A DNA stretch of 63,664 bases, filler included, from Octopus bimaculoides (lineage: Eukaryota), in assembly GCF_001194135.2 (NCBI RefSeq). It is 4 parts of 4 records of this genome, joined end to end, with 100 filler letters (N's around TTAATTAATTAA, not from the genome) between each part and the next. Parts side by side here need not be neighbours in the genome. Positions count along the whole stretch, not along the records: positions 1 to 18,885 come from NC_068982.1; positions 18,986 to 49,850 come from NC_068999.1; 2 more parts are not named here. One strand, written 5' to 3'. Below are positions 13,385 through 25,616 of this stretch, piece by piece. The notes beneath the pieces are model-generated. The model saw only the letters and a program-made list of their open reading frames with translations, did not search any database and had not been told where the DNA came from. Within the stretch, counting starts at the first letter, position 1, and each line of letters begins with the position of its first letter. The translations under genes were made by a program, and so were the position numbers.

Positions 13385-14125
13385 NNNNNNNNNNNNNNNN
13401 NNNNNNNNNNNNNNNNNNNNNNNNNNNNNNNNNNNNNNNNNNNNNNNNNNNNNNNNNNNNNNNNNNNNNNNNNNNNNNNNNNNNNNNNNNNNNNNNNNNN
13501 NNNNNNNNNNNNNNNNNNNNNNNNNNNNNNNNNNNNNNNNNNNNNNNNNNNNNNNNNNNNNNNNNNNNNNNNNNNNNNNNNNNNNNNNNNNNNNNNNNNN
13601 NNNNNNNNNNNNNNNNNNNNNNNNNNNNNNNNNNNNNNNNNNNNNNNNNNNNNNNNNNNNNNNNNNNNNNNNNNNNNNNNNNNNNNNNNNNNNNNNNNNN
13701 NNNNNNNNNNNNNNNNNNNNNNNNNNNNNNNNNNNNNNNNNNNNNNNNNNNNNNNNNNNNNNNNNNNNNNNNNNNNNNNNNNNNNNNNNNNNNNNNNNNN
13801 NNNNNNNNNNNNNNNNNNNNNNNNNNNNNNNNNNNNNNNNNNNNNNNNNNNNNNNNNNNNNNNNNNNNNNNNNNNNNNNNNNNNNNNNNNNNNNNNNNNN
13901 NNNNNNNNNNNNNNNNNNNNNNNNNNNNNNNNNNNNNNNNNNNNNNNNNNNNNNNNNNNNNNNNNNNNNNNNNNNNNNNNNNNNNNNNNNNNNNNNNNNN
14001 NNNNNNNNNNNNNNNNNNNNNNNNNNNNNNNNNNNNNNNNNNNNNNNNNNNNNNNNNNNNNNNNNNNNNNNNNNNNNNNNNNNNNNNNNNNNNNNNNNNN
14101 NNNNNNNNNNNNNNNNNNNNNNNNN

Positions 14126-14164
<39 letters not shown>

Positions 14165-14635
14165 CATTGAAAACTCGATTTTTTTCACCGATAATGGCCC
14201 ATTTCTTCGACCAACTAAATTACCTGTTCCTGAATTAACGTATACATATTTCATAAACACATGTAACTTTAACGTAACCCTCGAACAGAATCACCGAAAC
14301 ATAGTGTGTACCATAGCTGTGCATTTTGAATTACTAGTCCAATCCGTCTGGTTGAACTTTTATGCAAGCGAAATCTGCCTCGATATATAGGAAACCGACT
14401 AATACATTCATTGACGTTGCGAAGAGCCACCGGATTGAACATAAACTCGGTTTATGCAATCGAAACAGTTTTAAATTTAAATAACCTCGCTTTTATTCAC
14501 ACCAATGACTCTTTGTAATATTATTGAATGCTATCATTCACTTTTTCCTATATATTGTATGGTAAAGATTCGTTGTGGCAAGTAACACGTCATTGATAAG
14601 TTTCAAGAAGACTGAAGTGCATCTTATGTTATCAT

Positions 14636-15160
14636 GAGTCACTACCGAGATTGAAAGTAGAATAGAAAATTCAAGGAAACCATTTGAAAACATGTCAAAG
14701 GCTTTAACATCAAGAAATATACATATAGAAGCATGAAAAGATCGTTTTAATGTTACATATAGTCCACGCTCTTACATGGACATTGATGAAATCTCTCACT
14801 GATAAACTAGGTTTTGAAATGTGGACATATAGAAGAATGTTAAGAATATCTTGGACAAAACTTAAAACTAATGAAGACTTGTTACTACAATTAATGAATA
14901 CAAAAAGATCATTACTGTCAACTATTAGAAAAAAGAAAGCTTAAGTACTTTAGTCATGTAGTAAGAGTGCAACGTATACAAAGATTGTTGCTATAGAGAA
15001 AGATTATAAGCAAATGCTTGAGGGGAAGACCTACAACAAACTGGTTTGATAACATCAAGGACTGAACTAAACTATCATACAGTGAACGTGTAAGATTGGC
15101 AAAGAAAAGACGCGAAAGGAGATCCTTGATATTCAGCACGCTGATAACAGATGACATCTA

Positions 15161-15211
<51 letters not shown>
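14636..15211 (+). mobile_element. RTE-clade LINE 3' fragment with (GAT)n tail
   Basis: FEMWTYRRMLRISWT...YFSHVVR...RGRPTTNWFDNIKD, ending in a (GAT)n tail at 15162-15211. Confidence 0.85.
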
Positions 15212-15213
<2 letters not shown>

Positions 15214-16341
15214 ACAGAGACGGTTATTTTAATGCTGTTTTAAATGCGTACACCGAATTCTTAGTTTAATATTTTGAATGATTCATGTTTCAAAACTGAA
15301 GAAAAGCACAAAAATAAGTATCTTAATTTCTTTTATCTTTATTTTATTCCAAAAATAATCGATCGCTGAAACAAAGGATCTGATACCATTAAAGTCAATC
15401 ATTTTGTTTGGAATTTTCTAAAATTTACTAAAGCACAAATATATATTTAGTTTAGTTATTTATTAATCCTGTCATTTATTTCGTTATTAAGGTTTAATTC
15501 CGTTATCGATTACCTAATTAGTCTATGCACTCTCCATTTTTCCGAAGCTATTTCTAATTATATAATTATTATCTTTAGTTCGTTTGTTTATGAGATGCTT
15601 GACTGGATGCTGGGTTTGAAGATTGGCTTGATGGTTAGTTAACTGGAAAGATAGATCAATCAGTGGTTTTCTTTTTTCTTTCTTTTTATTTCATTTATTT
15701 ATTTTTGTTCATTGAGTTGTTTTTCTTCAATAATCTTATCTATCTACTTCTCGTATACACACACTCACTCTCTCTTTATCTATCTATCTATCTAGCTTTC
15801 TCTATCTCTTTTCTCTTTCTTTCTCTCTTCTAATTTTGATCATCATTTTCACTGTTGCAATACATATGCATACATACACACATACATATACACATATATA
15901 TATATAGATATATACAAATGTATATAAGTATATATGTGTATGTATGTCTATGTATATGTATNNNNNNNNNNNNNNNNNNNNNNNNNNNNNNNNNNNNNNN
16001 NNNNNNNNNNNNNNNNNNNNNNNNNNNNNNNNNNNNNNNNNNNNNNNNNNNNNNNNNNNNNNNNNNNNNTATATATATATATACAAATGTATATAAGTAT
16101 ATATGTGTATGTATGTCTATGTATATGTATATATTTATGCCAATAGGTATATACTTATCTATATACTTAAGTGTATACATACATATGCATTATATTCATT
16201 CGTATGTATGCGTGTATATATATATGTGTGTGTATGTGCGTGTGCGTGTGCGCGAGCACGTGTGTGCGTGTGTGTGTGCGTGCATATGAATGTATGTACG
16301 TATGTATGTACGTGTGCTTGTAGATAGATAGATAGATAGAT

Positions 16342-16416
<75 letters not shown>

Positions 16417-17166
16417 TTGTAACTTAATTTCATGCCAATGTCCAGGAGTGCAGGGTGCAGTGATTTTCAGCAAATTTTTATACTTGCTGCAGAACATTGA
16501 CTGTATGCAACATGGTGGGTGATGTAACCGCTGTGCTTTATCTGTGTAAGATAGCTTATGCTATGACATTTTCCAGTCAAACATAAAGTGCACAGTTTTG
16601 AACAAGGTCAGTACAGGATAGACCATTTTTATATAACTATTTGGCAGATGAGCTTCAAGGGCGAAGTGTCATCTTCTATGTAACGAATTTGAAAGAGTTC
16701 TCGTGTTAGTATAGTTTAGTCTTAAATGAGTTTTCTATTGGGCCAATATAAGATTTTTCATTTTAGACGATATGAGACAAAACTCGATGTTTGGGCAATT
16801 GCAGATATGTTTGGTTTTTGTTTTCTTTTTGTTTTTGTTTTTTTTTTGCTTCTGTCTGTATCCTGTTATTATGCAACAAAATGATTTTTTTTCTTTTTGT
16901 TACAGAGGTTACAGATTAATTGATTTTTGTGTTGTTTATTGAATGGTTTATGAATTCGTTGTCCAACCAACTAGATCCCCGCTCCTACACAACCCCATGC
17001 GTTTATTTTGGAAAATATTTATGATAAGTGCGCTGAGATTACAATGTATATATGTGTGTACGTGTGTATCTATATATGTACCCACATACAAGCATGCATA
17101 TATGCATATGTATATATATACATACACACACACACATATATATATGCATATATGCACCAACATACC

Positions 17167-17229
<63 letters not shown>

Positions 17230-18818
17230 AGGTATAGGTATGTTGGTGCAAACAAGAAGAATAGAACTCAAAATATGAGCATATGTATATTTTTCCAACG
17301 CACGAAATTCTCGGACTTTGAGTCACTTTGTTACTTCTTCTAAATATTAATACTATATAAAATTTGCTTGACATCTGTTTTGCATTGTCCTTCAAAAATT
17401 GTTGAACTGCCAGAATTATTCAAACTACGGCTGAATAATTACGAATTTTATTTACACGAAACCATTGGTACTGTACTACAGCACTAAACTATTAAATATA
17501 TACATCGATCCATCTTCTCCGCCCACTGTTCCTGGAAGTGTCGTTTATGTAGAGTTCTCAAGCCCCTCTTCCACGGATCCTATCAGAAGCAACTATCGTT
17601 ACACTTTTTAATTTTAGATTCTTAAACGTTATGAAATGAGACTATGGATATTATACAGCCATGTTGTTAGTCTTCCTATAGTCTCCCATCAGTTGGCATG
17701 AGTTGAAGAATCCCGTTTGCGATTCTTTTCTGTATGCGTATATGAGAGAAGCATACAGAACAGAGAGACAGAGAGAGAAGGTGTTATACGGTGTTATGAT
17801 AATTTGAAACATAAGGCAAACTTCATCTTTCTTTATCTTCGTTTTCATGCAGAAGGGACAAATTTTCCATGTTTTGTATCATTTACATGTAATCCTATCG
17901 AATGATCAAATATTCGTGAAAAAGGGAGTAATACCAGAAACACAATGATATCGAATTTTAAACCACGAAGCGGTAGTCAGATAGAAAACCCATTCAATCA
18001 TCTCACAACAATTTTTATGTTACAAAACCTTTGTAACCTTAGGTATTATTACAAATGCAATTTACTTACAATAGAACTAACTGATTCCTAAACTCCCGAG
18101 AGACCGAACACAATACAGCATTACGTCACTGTAATCATATTTATACTCACAAGCGAACACCAGTTTTCCCCAAACGCTATCTAATAACACTAAAGCGTTC
18201 TTCCCAAATGCAACCTATCACTTATTTACTTCATTCAGCAAAAATTAACCCACATCGAATCGATTGTTAATCAACGGTATTCACTCTATACATTCGTTCT
18301 CATATTTACTAATATATTAATTTTGGTCCCTTAATTACATTGTACTAAAAATACGATACGATGTCTGACTGGAAGCAGAACAAATAATTTCCCCCTTTCT
18401 TTCTGTTTGTATAGGGACAGGAAAAGCATTTACTTACTGCACTGAAGAAGCAAGTCTTTAGATTTTATGAATGGTTTGGCATTATTTAGCTAAAATACTT
18501 CCTAGCACTTTATTCATCAAAGCACATGTTCACCTATACTTCTACATACATATGTATACATATACACATGCGTAAATTCACATGCCTCACTAATATGTAT
18601 GTATGTGGGCGGGTGCTTCGTTTTGTTTCTTGTTACTGTAAACAAACACGAAAGTAGATTAATGTCGAAGTTGCACTAGCGACAATTAGGAATAAATTGC
18701 CAAACGACAATAGTAATATTGTATAGAATAGTAAAATACATCAAAAAGAAATACCATTATTACAGAAACATAATTACACTGAAGCACAAACGGTAGATAT
18801 CTTTGCCCAAATATGCAC

Positions 18819-18861
<43 letters not shown>

Positions 18862-19099
18862 CAGATATATATATATATATATATANNNNNNNNNNNNNNN
18901 NNNNNNNNNNNNNNNNNNNNNNNNNNNNNTTAATTAATTAANNNNNNNNNNNNNNNNNNNNNNNNNNNNNNNNNNNNNNNNNNNNATATATACACATACA
19001 TATACACACATACACTCATATATATATATATACACACACTTAAACATTCACACATACAAATATGTATATATATATAAATATATATAAAAAAATCACAAT

Positions 19100-20772
19100 T
19101 AGCTAAAATTTTTATATAAATAAAGTAATTTATGTCTAAATTTTATTTTTCGTTCATCAAAAGAATTAAGTATTATAATTATGAAATAATATCTCTTTAA
19201 ATTCATTATTACATAAATTACAAAAATTATTACCTATACGATAGGATTTCGCCTTACAAACTATCTCCCATTTTAAAATGTAGTTAATATTTTTAGATTT
19301 AATTTCCCAAATATATTTACTAAGGCCAGTAGAATTAATCAAATTTCTATTCTTAAATGAGTGCGTATGTGGAGCCACTCGTAATTTAATTTTATTAGAA
19401 GTCGATCCTATATAAATCTTATTTAAATTATAACCATTATGTTTATTCCCAATCATTGAAGTCACTATGCATTTATACACAACATCCTTCAAATTGCATT
19501 TATTATTATCTCTACATGTACAATTAATCATATCCTGGTCCATTTTATTATTATTATTATTAGAATAAGTATTAAATTTAAATTTATAATACTTATTTAA
19601 CTTAAATATATTAAAAGAAGAGATAATATTAGCAACATTATTAGTAGTAGAATAACCTACACCAAAATTATTAGTAGGAAATATATTATATTTTTTTTTA
19701 TCTCTAAGGAATATATCAATAACTTTTAAAATATCTTTAATAATGTTAGTTTTAACTTGAGCGCCGTATGGAATGATTAGCCAGAGTTTGTTCTTATTAT
19801 AGATATTATTGTATTTATTATTAATATTATTAAATTAATTATTATCATTAAAAAAATTTTAAATTAAATCTTTTATTGTTTCCATTACAATTATGTTTAT
19901 GTTTATGTAGTTTATTATCATAATACCTATTATTCTTATTATAATTACCTAAGAAGACATTATCATGAGTATAAAGGTTATGTTTATCAAAAAGATCATT
20001 ACTATTATAATCATTACTAATAAAATTATAATTATACTTCAGATTATTAAAAAGATTTATATCATTAGTATATCCCGCCTCGCAAAGGGCTTTATTGTAA
20101 TAAGGTGCATGTTTTTCAAAGATCTCTATATTAGATGAAAGTAAAGATATTCTCTTATAAATGTTAATGATTTTTTAATTGAGGGTGGGTGATTACTTTT
20201 CGCATAAATGTATTTAATATTTTCATTAATCTTATGGTAAGGTTGGGTATTACCTGTAGGTAAGTTAAAATTAGCATCTAAATAATTTATATAGTACTCA
20301 TTATAAATAGTAATCTTTAATCCATTTCTTTAAAAATAAAAACTATATATTCTCTTCTTATATATTTCTAGTTTTCTATTGGTGCAATTCTTAGTTAGTA
20401 ATAAAAGATCATCCCTATATAAACCACCCTCCAATTTTAAGTTTTCAAGTTCATGTTCTGATAATAAATATATACCTACTAAATCAGTTACCTGTGCTGA
20501 ATCCGGCACCCCTGTTGGTATATTGAAATAGTCCCTGGTATCTTTCCTAGCCCACATCTTATCATATTTAATCAACGATTTCCTAGCCATTTTAACTACA
20601 TTTACTTCATCATAAGCCATACCTGCCTTCTTCATTGCATAAATTAGGGCCTTATTAAGTACAATCTCATTAATAGAAGAATAATAATTATCAATATCTA
20701 TTTGAATAAATTTATATCTATTTTTATCTTTAATGTTATTAAACCATTTTAAAGTATCAATAGTACTATTTC
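19100..20772 (-). mobile_element. Very AT-rich Naiad-type Penelope-like element (RT + GIY-YIG), 5'-truncated
   Basis: RT FNIPTG...VTDLVGIYLL...GLYRDD; thumb YLDANFNL...SNHPPSI; GIY-YIG VVYKC...KIYIGSTS...LSKYIW...FCNLC (ORFs 20330-20635 and 19166-19543). Confidence 0.9.
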
Positions 20773-21385
20773 ACTGCCATGCAGCATAGTTGCTTGCACA
20801 GGCATCAAACAATCTGCCTTTCACTCTGAGAGAGAGGTCCTTTGTTGCCAGCAAGGGTAGGAGCTCTCTGAACTTTGCCAGCCTAATCTTATTCTCACAG
20901 CTACGCTCTAAGAACAACTACCTCCATACTAACCTGGTCACCTAGATACCTAAAGCTATCTACTGCCTCTAGCTCGCTCCCCTGGCAGTTGATGGAGTCT
21001 ATTTTCTACACATGTTCAGCATTTATTTTGCCTGTGCACCTTCCACATACAAAGGTTAGTTTTTCTGTGAACCTTTTGATGTTGCTGCACCTTTTGTGTG
21101 TCCAGAGCTTACACTGGGTGCATCTTATGGAGTTTCTACCTACACCTTTTCTACAGATTGAGCAGGGTCATCTAACTAAGGGGATTTGCGATTTGTCTGC
21201 CTTCCTATTTACTATGACTTTGGTCTTTGCTAGGTTAACTCTAAGGCCCTTTGATTCTAGACCTTGTTTCCATACCTGGAACTTCTCTAGCTCAGGTAGT
21301 GATTCAGCTATAAGAGCAAGGTCATCAGCTCCCAGGGGCAGCCTGTCTTGAATTCCTCTGTTATTGCCTGGAGGACTGTGATGAC
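20773..21385 (-). mobile_element. RTE LINE RT fragment carrying a PHD-like C4HC3 finger
   Basis: ADDLALIAES...GLRVNLAKTKVIV, then Cx2C-x10-Cx2C-x4-H-x2-C-x13-Cx2C (21036-21164), then VDSFRYLG and AKFRELL. Confidence 0.85.
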
Positions 21386-21398
21386 ATATATAACAAAG

Positions 21399-22090
21399 TC
21401 ATCTTTTTAATTTTTTTTTCAAATTTAGGCATTCCCAACGTATGTTGAATAGTGAGCTCTTTTCACTGAATATATTAGTTAATATTCTAATTGTTTCTTC
21501 AAGACAAATTTCTGGTGGCTTTTTTGGTAGAATAAAGTTGCAGTATTTCTCATGCTCTGATGGAGCTAGTTTACGCAAAAGAAGTCTTACCTTCTTTTCG
21601 TTTGTCCAGCCTTTGTACTCTTCTTTAAATATTTTTTTATACCTTCTATAGCATGAAGGAAATATAATCCCATCTTCGGGATTACACAGGAATTCTTCAA
21701 TGGAGTTGGTTACTCCATCTGCTGAATACAACGCTACTGTGTTGGATTGTAGCAATAACCCTATCAACTGCTGGTTTAGCTGTTGTTGTTGTTGCTGTTC
21801 ACAGTATTCTTGCTGCTGCTGTAACAGCTGCTGCTGCAGCTGTTGTTGTTGTTTCACAACGGAAGCTAGTGATTCTTCCATTTTGACACTCCTACGAGCG
21901 TTCGTAGCCTTGTTACCACTATTATAATGACACCGTTATACAGTGGGAGGTATCCTCGTTGCCACTGATATGACATATGACTTCTTGTCGTCACTGTTAT
22001 AATATTAAACATTCCTGATGTTCTCTTATTACTCTCCAACTGTATATCTTCAACAAGCACTCAACAATATCTCTATTCAATAATTTCTTT
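21399..22090 (-). mobile_element. Ty3/Gypsy gag N-terminal fragment (copy A) with LTR end and PBS repeats
   Basis: ORF 21399-21881: poly-Q then NSIEEF..NPEDG..F...KVRLLLRKL..EHEKY.NFILPKKP; homologous to copy B; PBS-like TGGCAACGAGG upstream. Confidence 0.85.
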
Positions 22091-22099
22091 TATTTGAAA

Positions 22100-23731
22100 C
22101 GGTGGCTTCATTTTGGAGCACACACCTAGTTTATTCAGGAAAGATATTGTTTTTCAGTTTGTCTGACAATTTATTTGTACTGCAGGAAAAACCATTCACA
22201 TTTTTACAGAAAAGATTTATGGGGAGGTCTCCTATAAGTTTAATAATTCCATCCAGTCAGTTCCAAATAAGTTTGTGGTATTATCTAACACAAAAACTTT
22301 AGCTTCTAAGGTTTTTTCATGAAATGTGATGTTACTTATCAATTTGCCTTTAAAATATTTTTTCCTCAAACATCACGAACAATTTTTGAAGTTTTATCTA
22401 ATTTAGGTTTCCTGGTTTTTTCCATGCATCTGTGATAATTATTGAGATATTGCTACCTGTATCCAATTGTAACTTTACGTTTGTGTTATTAATTTTTAGA
22501 TACAAAAATTTTCTTTGAGGCTCATTCATATTTTTTGTCACTGATAATCCATTTATGCAATTTTTTCTGTTGAACCACCCTTTAGGTTCTGTTTTGCTGT
22601 GTGATTCTTTATGGCCTATTTTACCACACTTAAAGCATTTCAATATTTCTAAACAAACAATTATTTTTAAAATGTGGAACACTGCACTCATAACATAGAT
22701 TCAGTCTTGATATTTTTTCTCCTTTTTCTTATTTGTTACCGGTCAACACACTTGAATCTGAGAGCAGTCTTTCTCTTCAATTATATTTGTGTCAAGGTTA
22801 TTATCTGGCATTCTTCTGTTACTACCTGTACAGTTAAATTTTGGTCCTGTTCTAATTTTGTTAATATCTGAGAACGTATATCTGTATCTTTGTTTGCAGT
22901 AAGTCCTTGAAGAAGAATGAAACACTTGAACATGTCCAGGATCAAATCATTCAATTTGAATTTCTCACACTCTCTGTTACCCACTCCAGCATAGGTGATG
23001 AAATCTTCATCTTCTTTGACCAAATTCAAATATTGCCAGAGAGTATTGAATAGGGAACTTCTTTCGCTGAAAATTTTCAATAAAATATTGTTTCTTCGAA
23101 ACAAATTTCACCTGGTTTCTTCAGCAGAATATAATTACTATATTTTTTTGTGTTTGACAAGGGATAACTTTTTTAAAAGTAGCCGTACTTTTTTCCTATT
23201 GGACCAACTTTTACACACTTTTTTGAAGATTTCTTTGTATCTACGAAAATATGCAACCTTCTGGGTTGTATTTGAATTCTTCAATTAGATTTGCAACGCT
23301 GTCTGGCAAGTAAAAACCTGAAGTATTTTGAGACTCTTTCAACATTAATTCCAGCAACTGTTGGTTTTGTTGTTGTTGCAACTGCACCACAAAGGTCAGT
23401 AAGTTCTCCATGTTAAAATTACTTTTTCTTTGATTTCGTACAAAAAAAAAAAAAAATTAAATGTCCAACGCAAGCTTTGAACAACTTATTGCCAATTTTA
23501 TGTCCTATTATGTTGGATATATAATATAATGAAGCAGCGGGGAAGGAAAGTATTTACATGATGCATTACTATTACTATTACATAAGACTCAATGCTCTCA
23601 ATCACAGCTCACAGTGAACTGCTTACCAATTCAAACTGCCAATCATTCACAGTTCTTTATCTAATAACAGTGAGTCAGTCCACGTTTAGATAACTGTTAT
23701 TTTGAAAGATAATTTCTCAATTAGTTTTACA
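22100..23731 (-). mobile_element. Ty3/Gypsy element (copy B): LTR, PBS, gag with CCHC knuckle, aspartic protease; truncated
   Basis: ATG at ~23413; KCFKCGKIGHKESH knuckle; LQLDTGSNISII protease motif; decayed PBS TTGGCAATAAG at 23485-23495. Confidence 0.85.
23511..23731 (-). repeat. LTR of Gypsy copy B
   Basis: TGTAAAA...TCCAACA termini, 221 bp, just upstream of the PBS; no partner LTR in the window. Confidence 0.6.
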
Positions 23732-23863
23732 TATTTATTCAATGAGTTGGTAATCATGAATACTTATAAATACTTAGAAACTATTGCATTGTCCTAAATA
23801 CTCACAAGTATCTGTCAATTGGTTATGTGCAACTCGGTGTAGCAGTTTGTGAAGTCTTTTCAG

Positions 23864-23884
23864 CTTCAATAAAATACTATTTTG
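23864..23884 (+). CDS. Candidate 21-nt microexon of unidentified host gene (xSIKYYF)
   Basis: ttttcag|...|gtaagt; phase 1-1, compatible with the next candidate exon. Confidence 0.3.
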
Positions 23885-24048
23885 GTAAGTGAGTACTATT
23901 TTCTTCCCATTGTGCTTACATGCATGGATGTTTACACACACACACACACATTATATGAACCTGTAGCTTTGCTTCAATGTTTATGTATTACATGTATGTA
24001 AGTTTGTGATTGTATACATGTTTATGTGAGTGTATGTATATATAATTA

Positions 24049-24480
24049 TATTGGGTTGGCAAGAAAGTAATTTCAGTTTTTTGGTGTGAAATAAAAGTCA
24101 TTTTTTTTCATACAAAGAATGAACTTTAATCAATTATATATTTTCTATTTTGTTCAATGACTTTTTGCCATCTTTCTGGCAACTTCATGATTCTGTGCTC
24201 ATAGAACTTCTGGTTCTTAGCCAAAAACTGAAGCAAGTGTGCTTTCAGGTCATCATCATTATTGAAAGCTTTACCATTCAAAGAATTCTGCAAATATCAA
24301 AATAAATGGTAATCTGATGGTGCAAGGTCAGGGCTATATGGTGAATGTAACATCACTTCCCAACCAAGCTCCAATAATTTTTCAGGAGTTAGCAAAGATA
24401 TGTGTGGTCTAGTGTTGTCATGATGGAATGCGATTCCTTTGTGATTTGCCAATTCTGGCCATTTTTCTCTGGTTGCTTCC
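24049..24480 (-). mobile_element. mariner transposon 3' half with TIR
   Basis: TIR TATTGGGTTGGCAAGAAAGTAATT; rc encodes HDNTRPH...HSPYSPDLAPSDYHLF...RWQKVIEQN. Confidence 0.9.
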
Positions 24481-24603
24481 TCCAGTTTGGAAAAATGGAG
24501 ACCACCTCCTCCTGTGGGATGAAGTTAAAATAATAGACAGAGAACACCACTGGAAAATACGAAAACTAAAAGAAGCAGCACATATGCTAGGAAATTTCCC
24601 CAA

Positions 24604-24644
24604 GACACCTGATGAAGGCTGGATATCAGCTGAAATGTTGTGTT
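24604..24644 (+). ncRNA. Minimal type I hammerhead ribozyme (pLTR copy 1)
   Basis: GACAC-CTGATGA-A-GGCTG.gatat.CAGCT-GAAA-TGTT-GTGTT; core intact, wobble pairs in stems II and III. Confidence 0.75.
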
Positions 24645-24741
24645 AACTACAAACAAGATGAGGACAAATATCCGTCAAATGTAAATAATGTACATAATTC
24701 CTCATCTCTTAAATATAGAACTGTGTTATTATTATTATTTA

Positions 24742-24811
24742 GGTCACTGCCTGGACTCGAACTCAGAATCTTGGGGTTAGTAGCCCGCACTCTTAACCAC
24801 TACGCCATATG
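24742..24811 (-). promoter_or_regulatory. tRNA-like Pol III A/B-box module in inverted pLTR
   Basis: rc catatggcgtagtggttaagagtgcgggctactaaccccaagattctgagttcgagtccaggcagtgacc. Confidence 0.8.
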
Positions 24812-25433
24812 GTCAGGGCTATATGATGGATGTGACGTCACTTCCCAACCAAGCTCCAATAATTTTTCAGGAGTTAGCAAAAATATGTGTGGGCAACTAT
24901 GGAGTGAATTTTAGGGCTTATAAATCTAATATTCTCCTATCTTTTCTTAATACTGGTTCCCATATGCTGTTCGTATCTGCACTTGGTCTGCTTAGGAGGT
25001 TGTTGTATCCTAGCCTATGTGCTGCTTCTTTTAGCTTTCTTATTTTCCGGTGGTGTTCTCTGTCTATTATTTTAACTTCATTCCACAGGGGGAGGTGGTC
25101 TCCATTTTTCCATTCATGATCAGCTATACCTGATTTATCAATATCTCCTCATGTCACAGCTTTGTGATGTTCATCTACCCTTATCTTGAGAGGGCGGCAT
25201 GTTTCACCTTTGTATAACCTACTACCTCCCCCTGTGGGATGAAGTTAAAATAATAGACAGAGAACACCACTGGAAAATACGGAAACTAAAAGAAGCAGCA
25301 CATATGCTAGGACACAACAACCTCCTAAGCAGACCAAGTGCAGATATGAGTAGCATATGGGAACCGGTATTAAGGAAGAATAAGAAAATATTAGATTAAT
25401 AAGCCCTAAAATTCACTCCATAATTGCCCACGG

Positions 25434-25505
25434 GGCATATGGTGTAGTGGCTAAGAGCATGGGCTACTAACCCCAAGATTCCGAGTTTGATTCCAGGCAG
25501 TGACC
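25434..25505 (+). promoter_or_regulatory. tRNA-like Pol III A/B-box module in 5' pLTR
   Basis: TGGTGTAGTGG ... GTTTGATTCC (CpG-decayed boxes). Confidence 0.75.
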
Positions 25506-25570
25506 TGAATAATAATAATAACATCGAAAAATACCTTAGGAATGAGAACCCGGGTTCGAAATTTCCTCAA

Positions 25571-25616
25571 GATACCTGATGAAGGCTGGAGGGTATATCA
25601 GCTGAAACATTGTGCT
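25571..25616 (+). ncRNA. Minimal hammerhead ribozyme (5' pLTR, copy 2)
   Basis: CTGATGA 25576-25582, stem II GGCTG/CAGCT, GAAA 25604-25607; stem III damaged (CG>CA). Confidence 0.7.

Larger units (their letters stand above)
24488..25222. mobile_element. Rearranged Penelope pLTR pieces: direct fragment with internal deletion (24488-24724) and inverted pLTR (24725-25222)
   Basis: Near-identical to 27733-28395 in both orientations. Confidence 0.9.

Noticed and set aside
6913-17887. Isolated + strand microexon candidates (6913-6936, 7273-7323, 11056-11089, 16493-16545, 17852-17887)
   Set aside because: Splice signals are plausible, but there is no consistent chain or recognisable peptide; expected by chance in AT-rich DNA.
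21399-21881. Poly-Q ORF as a host protein
   Set aside because: Homologous to the adjacent Gypsy gag and preceded by a PBS.
21908-22003. True CRISPR array
   Set aside because: Eukaryotic context, no cas genes, short degenerate units matching a tRNA-Ser PBS; reported as a finding instead.
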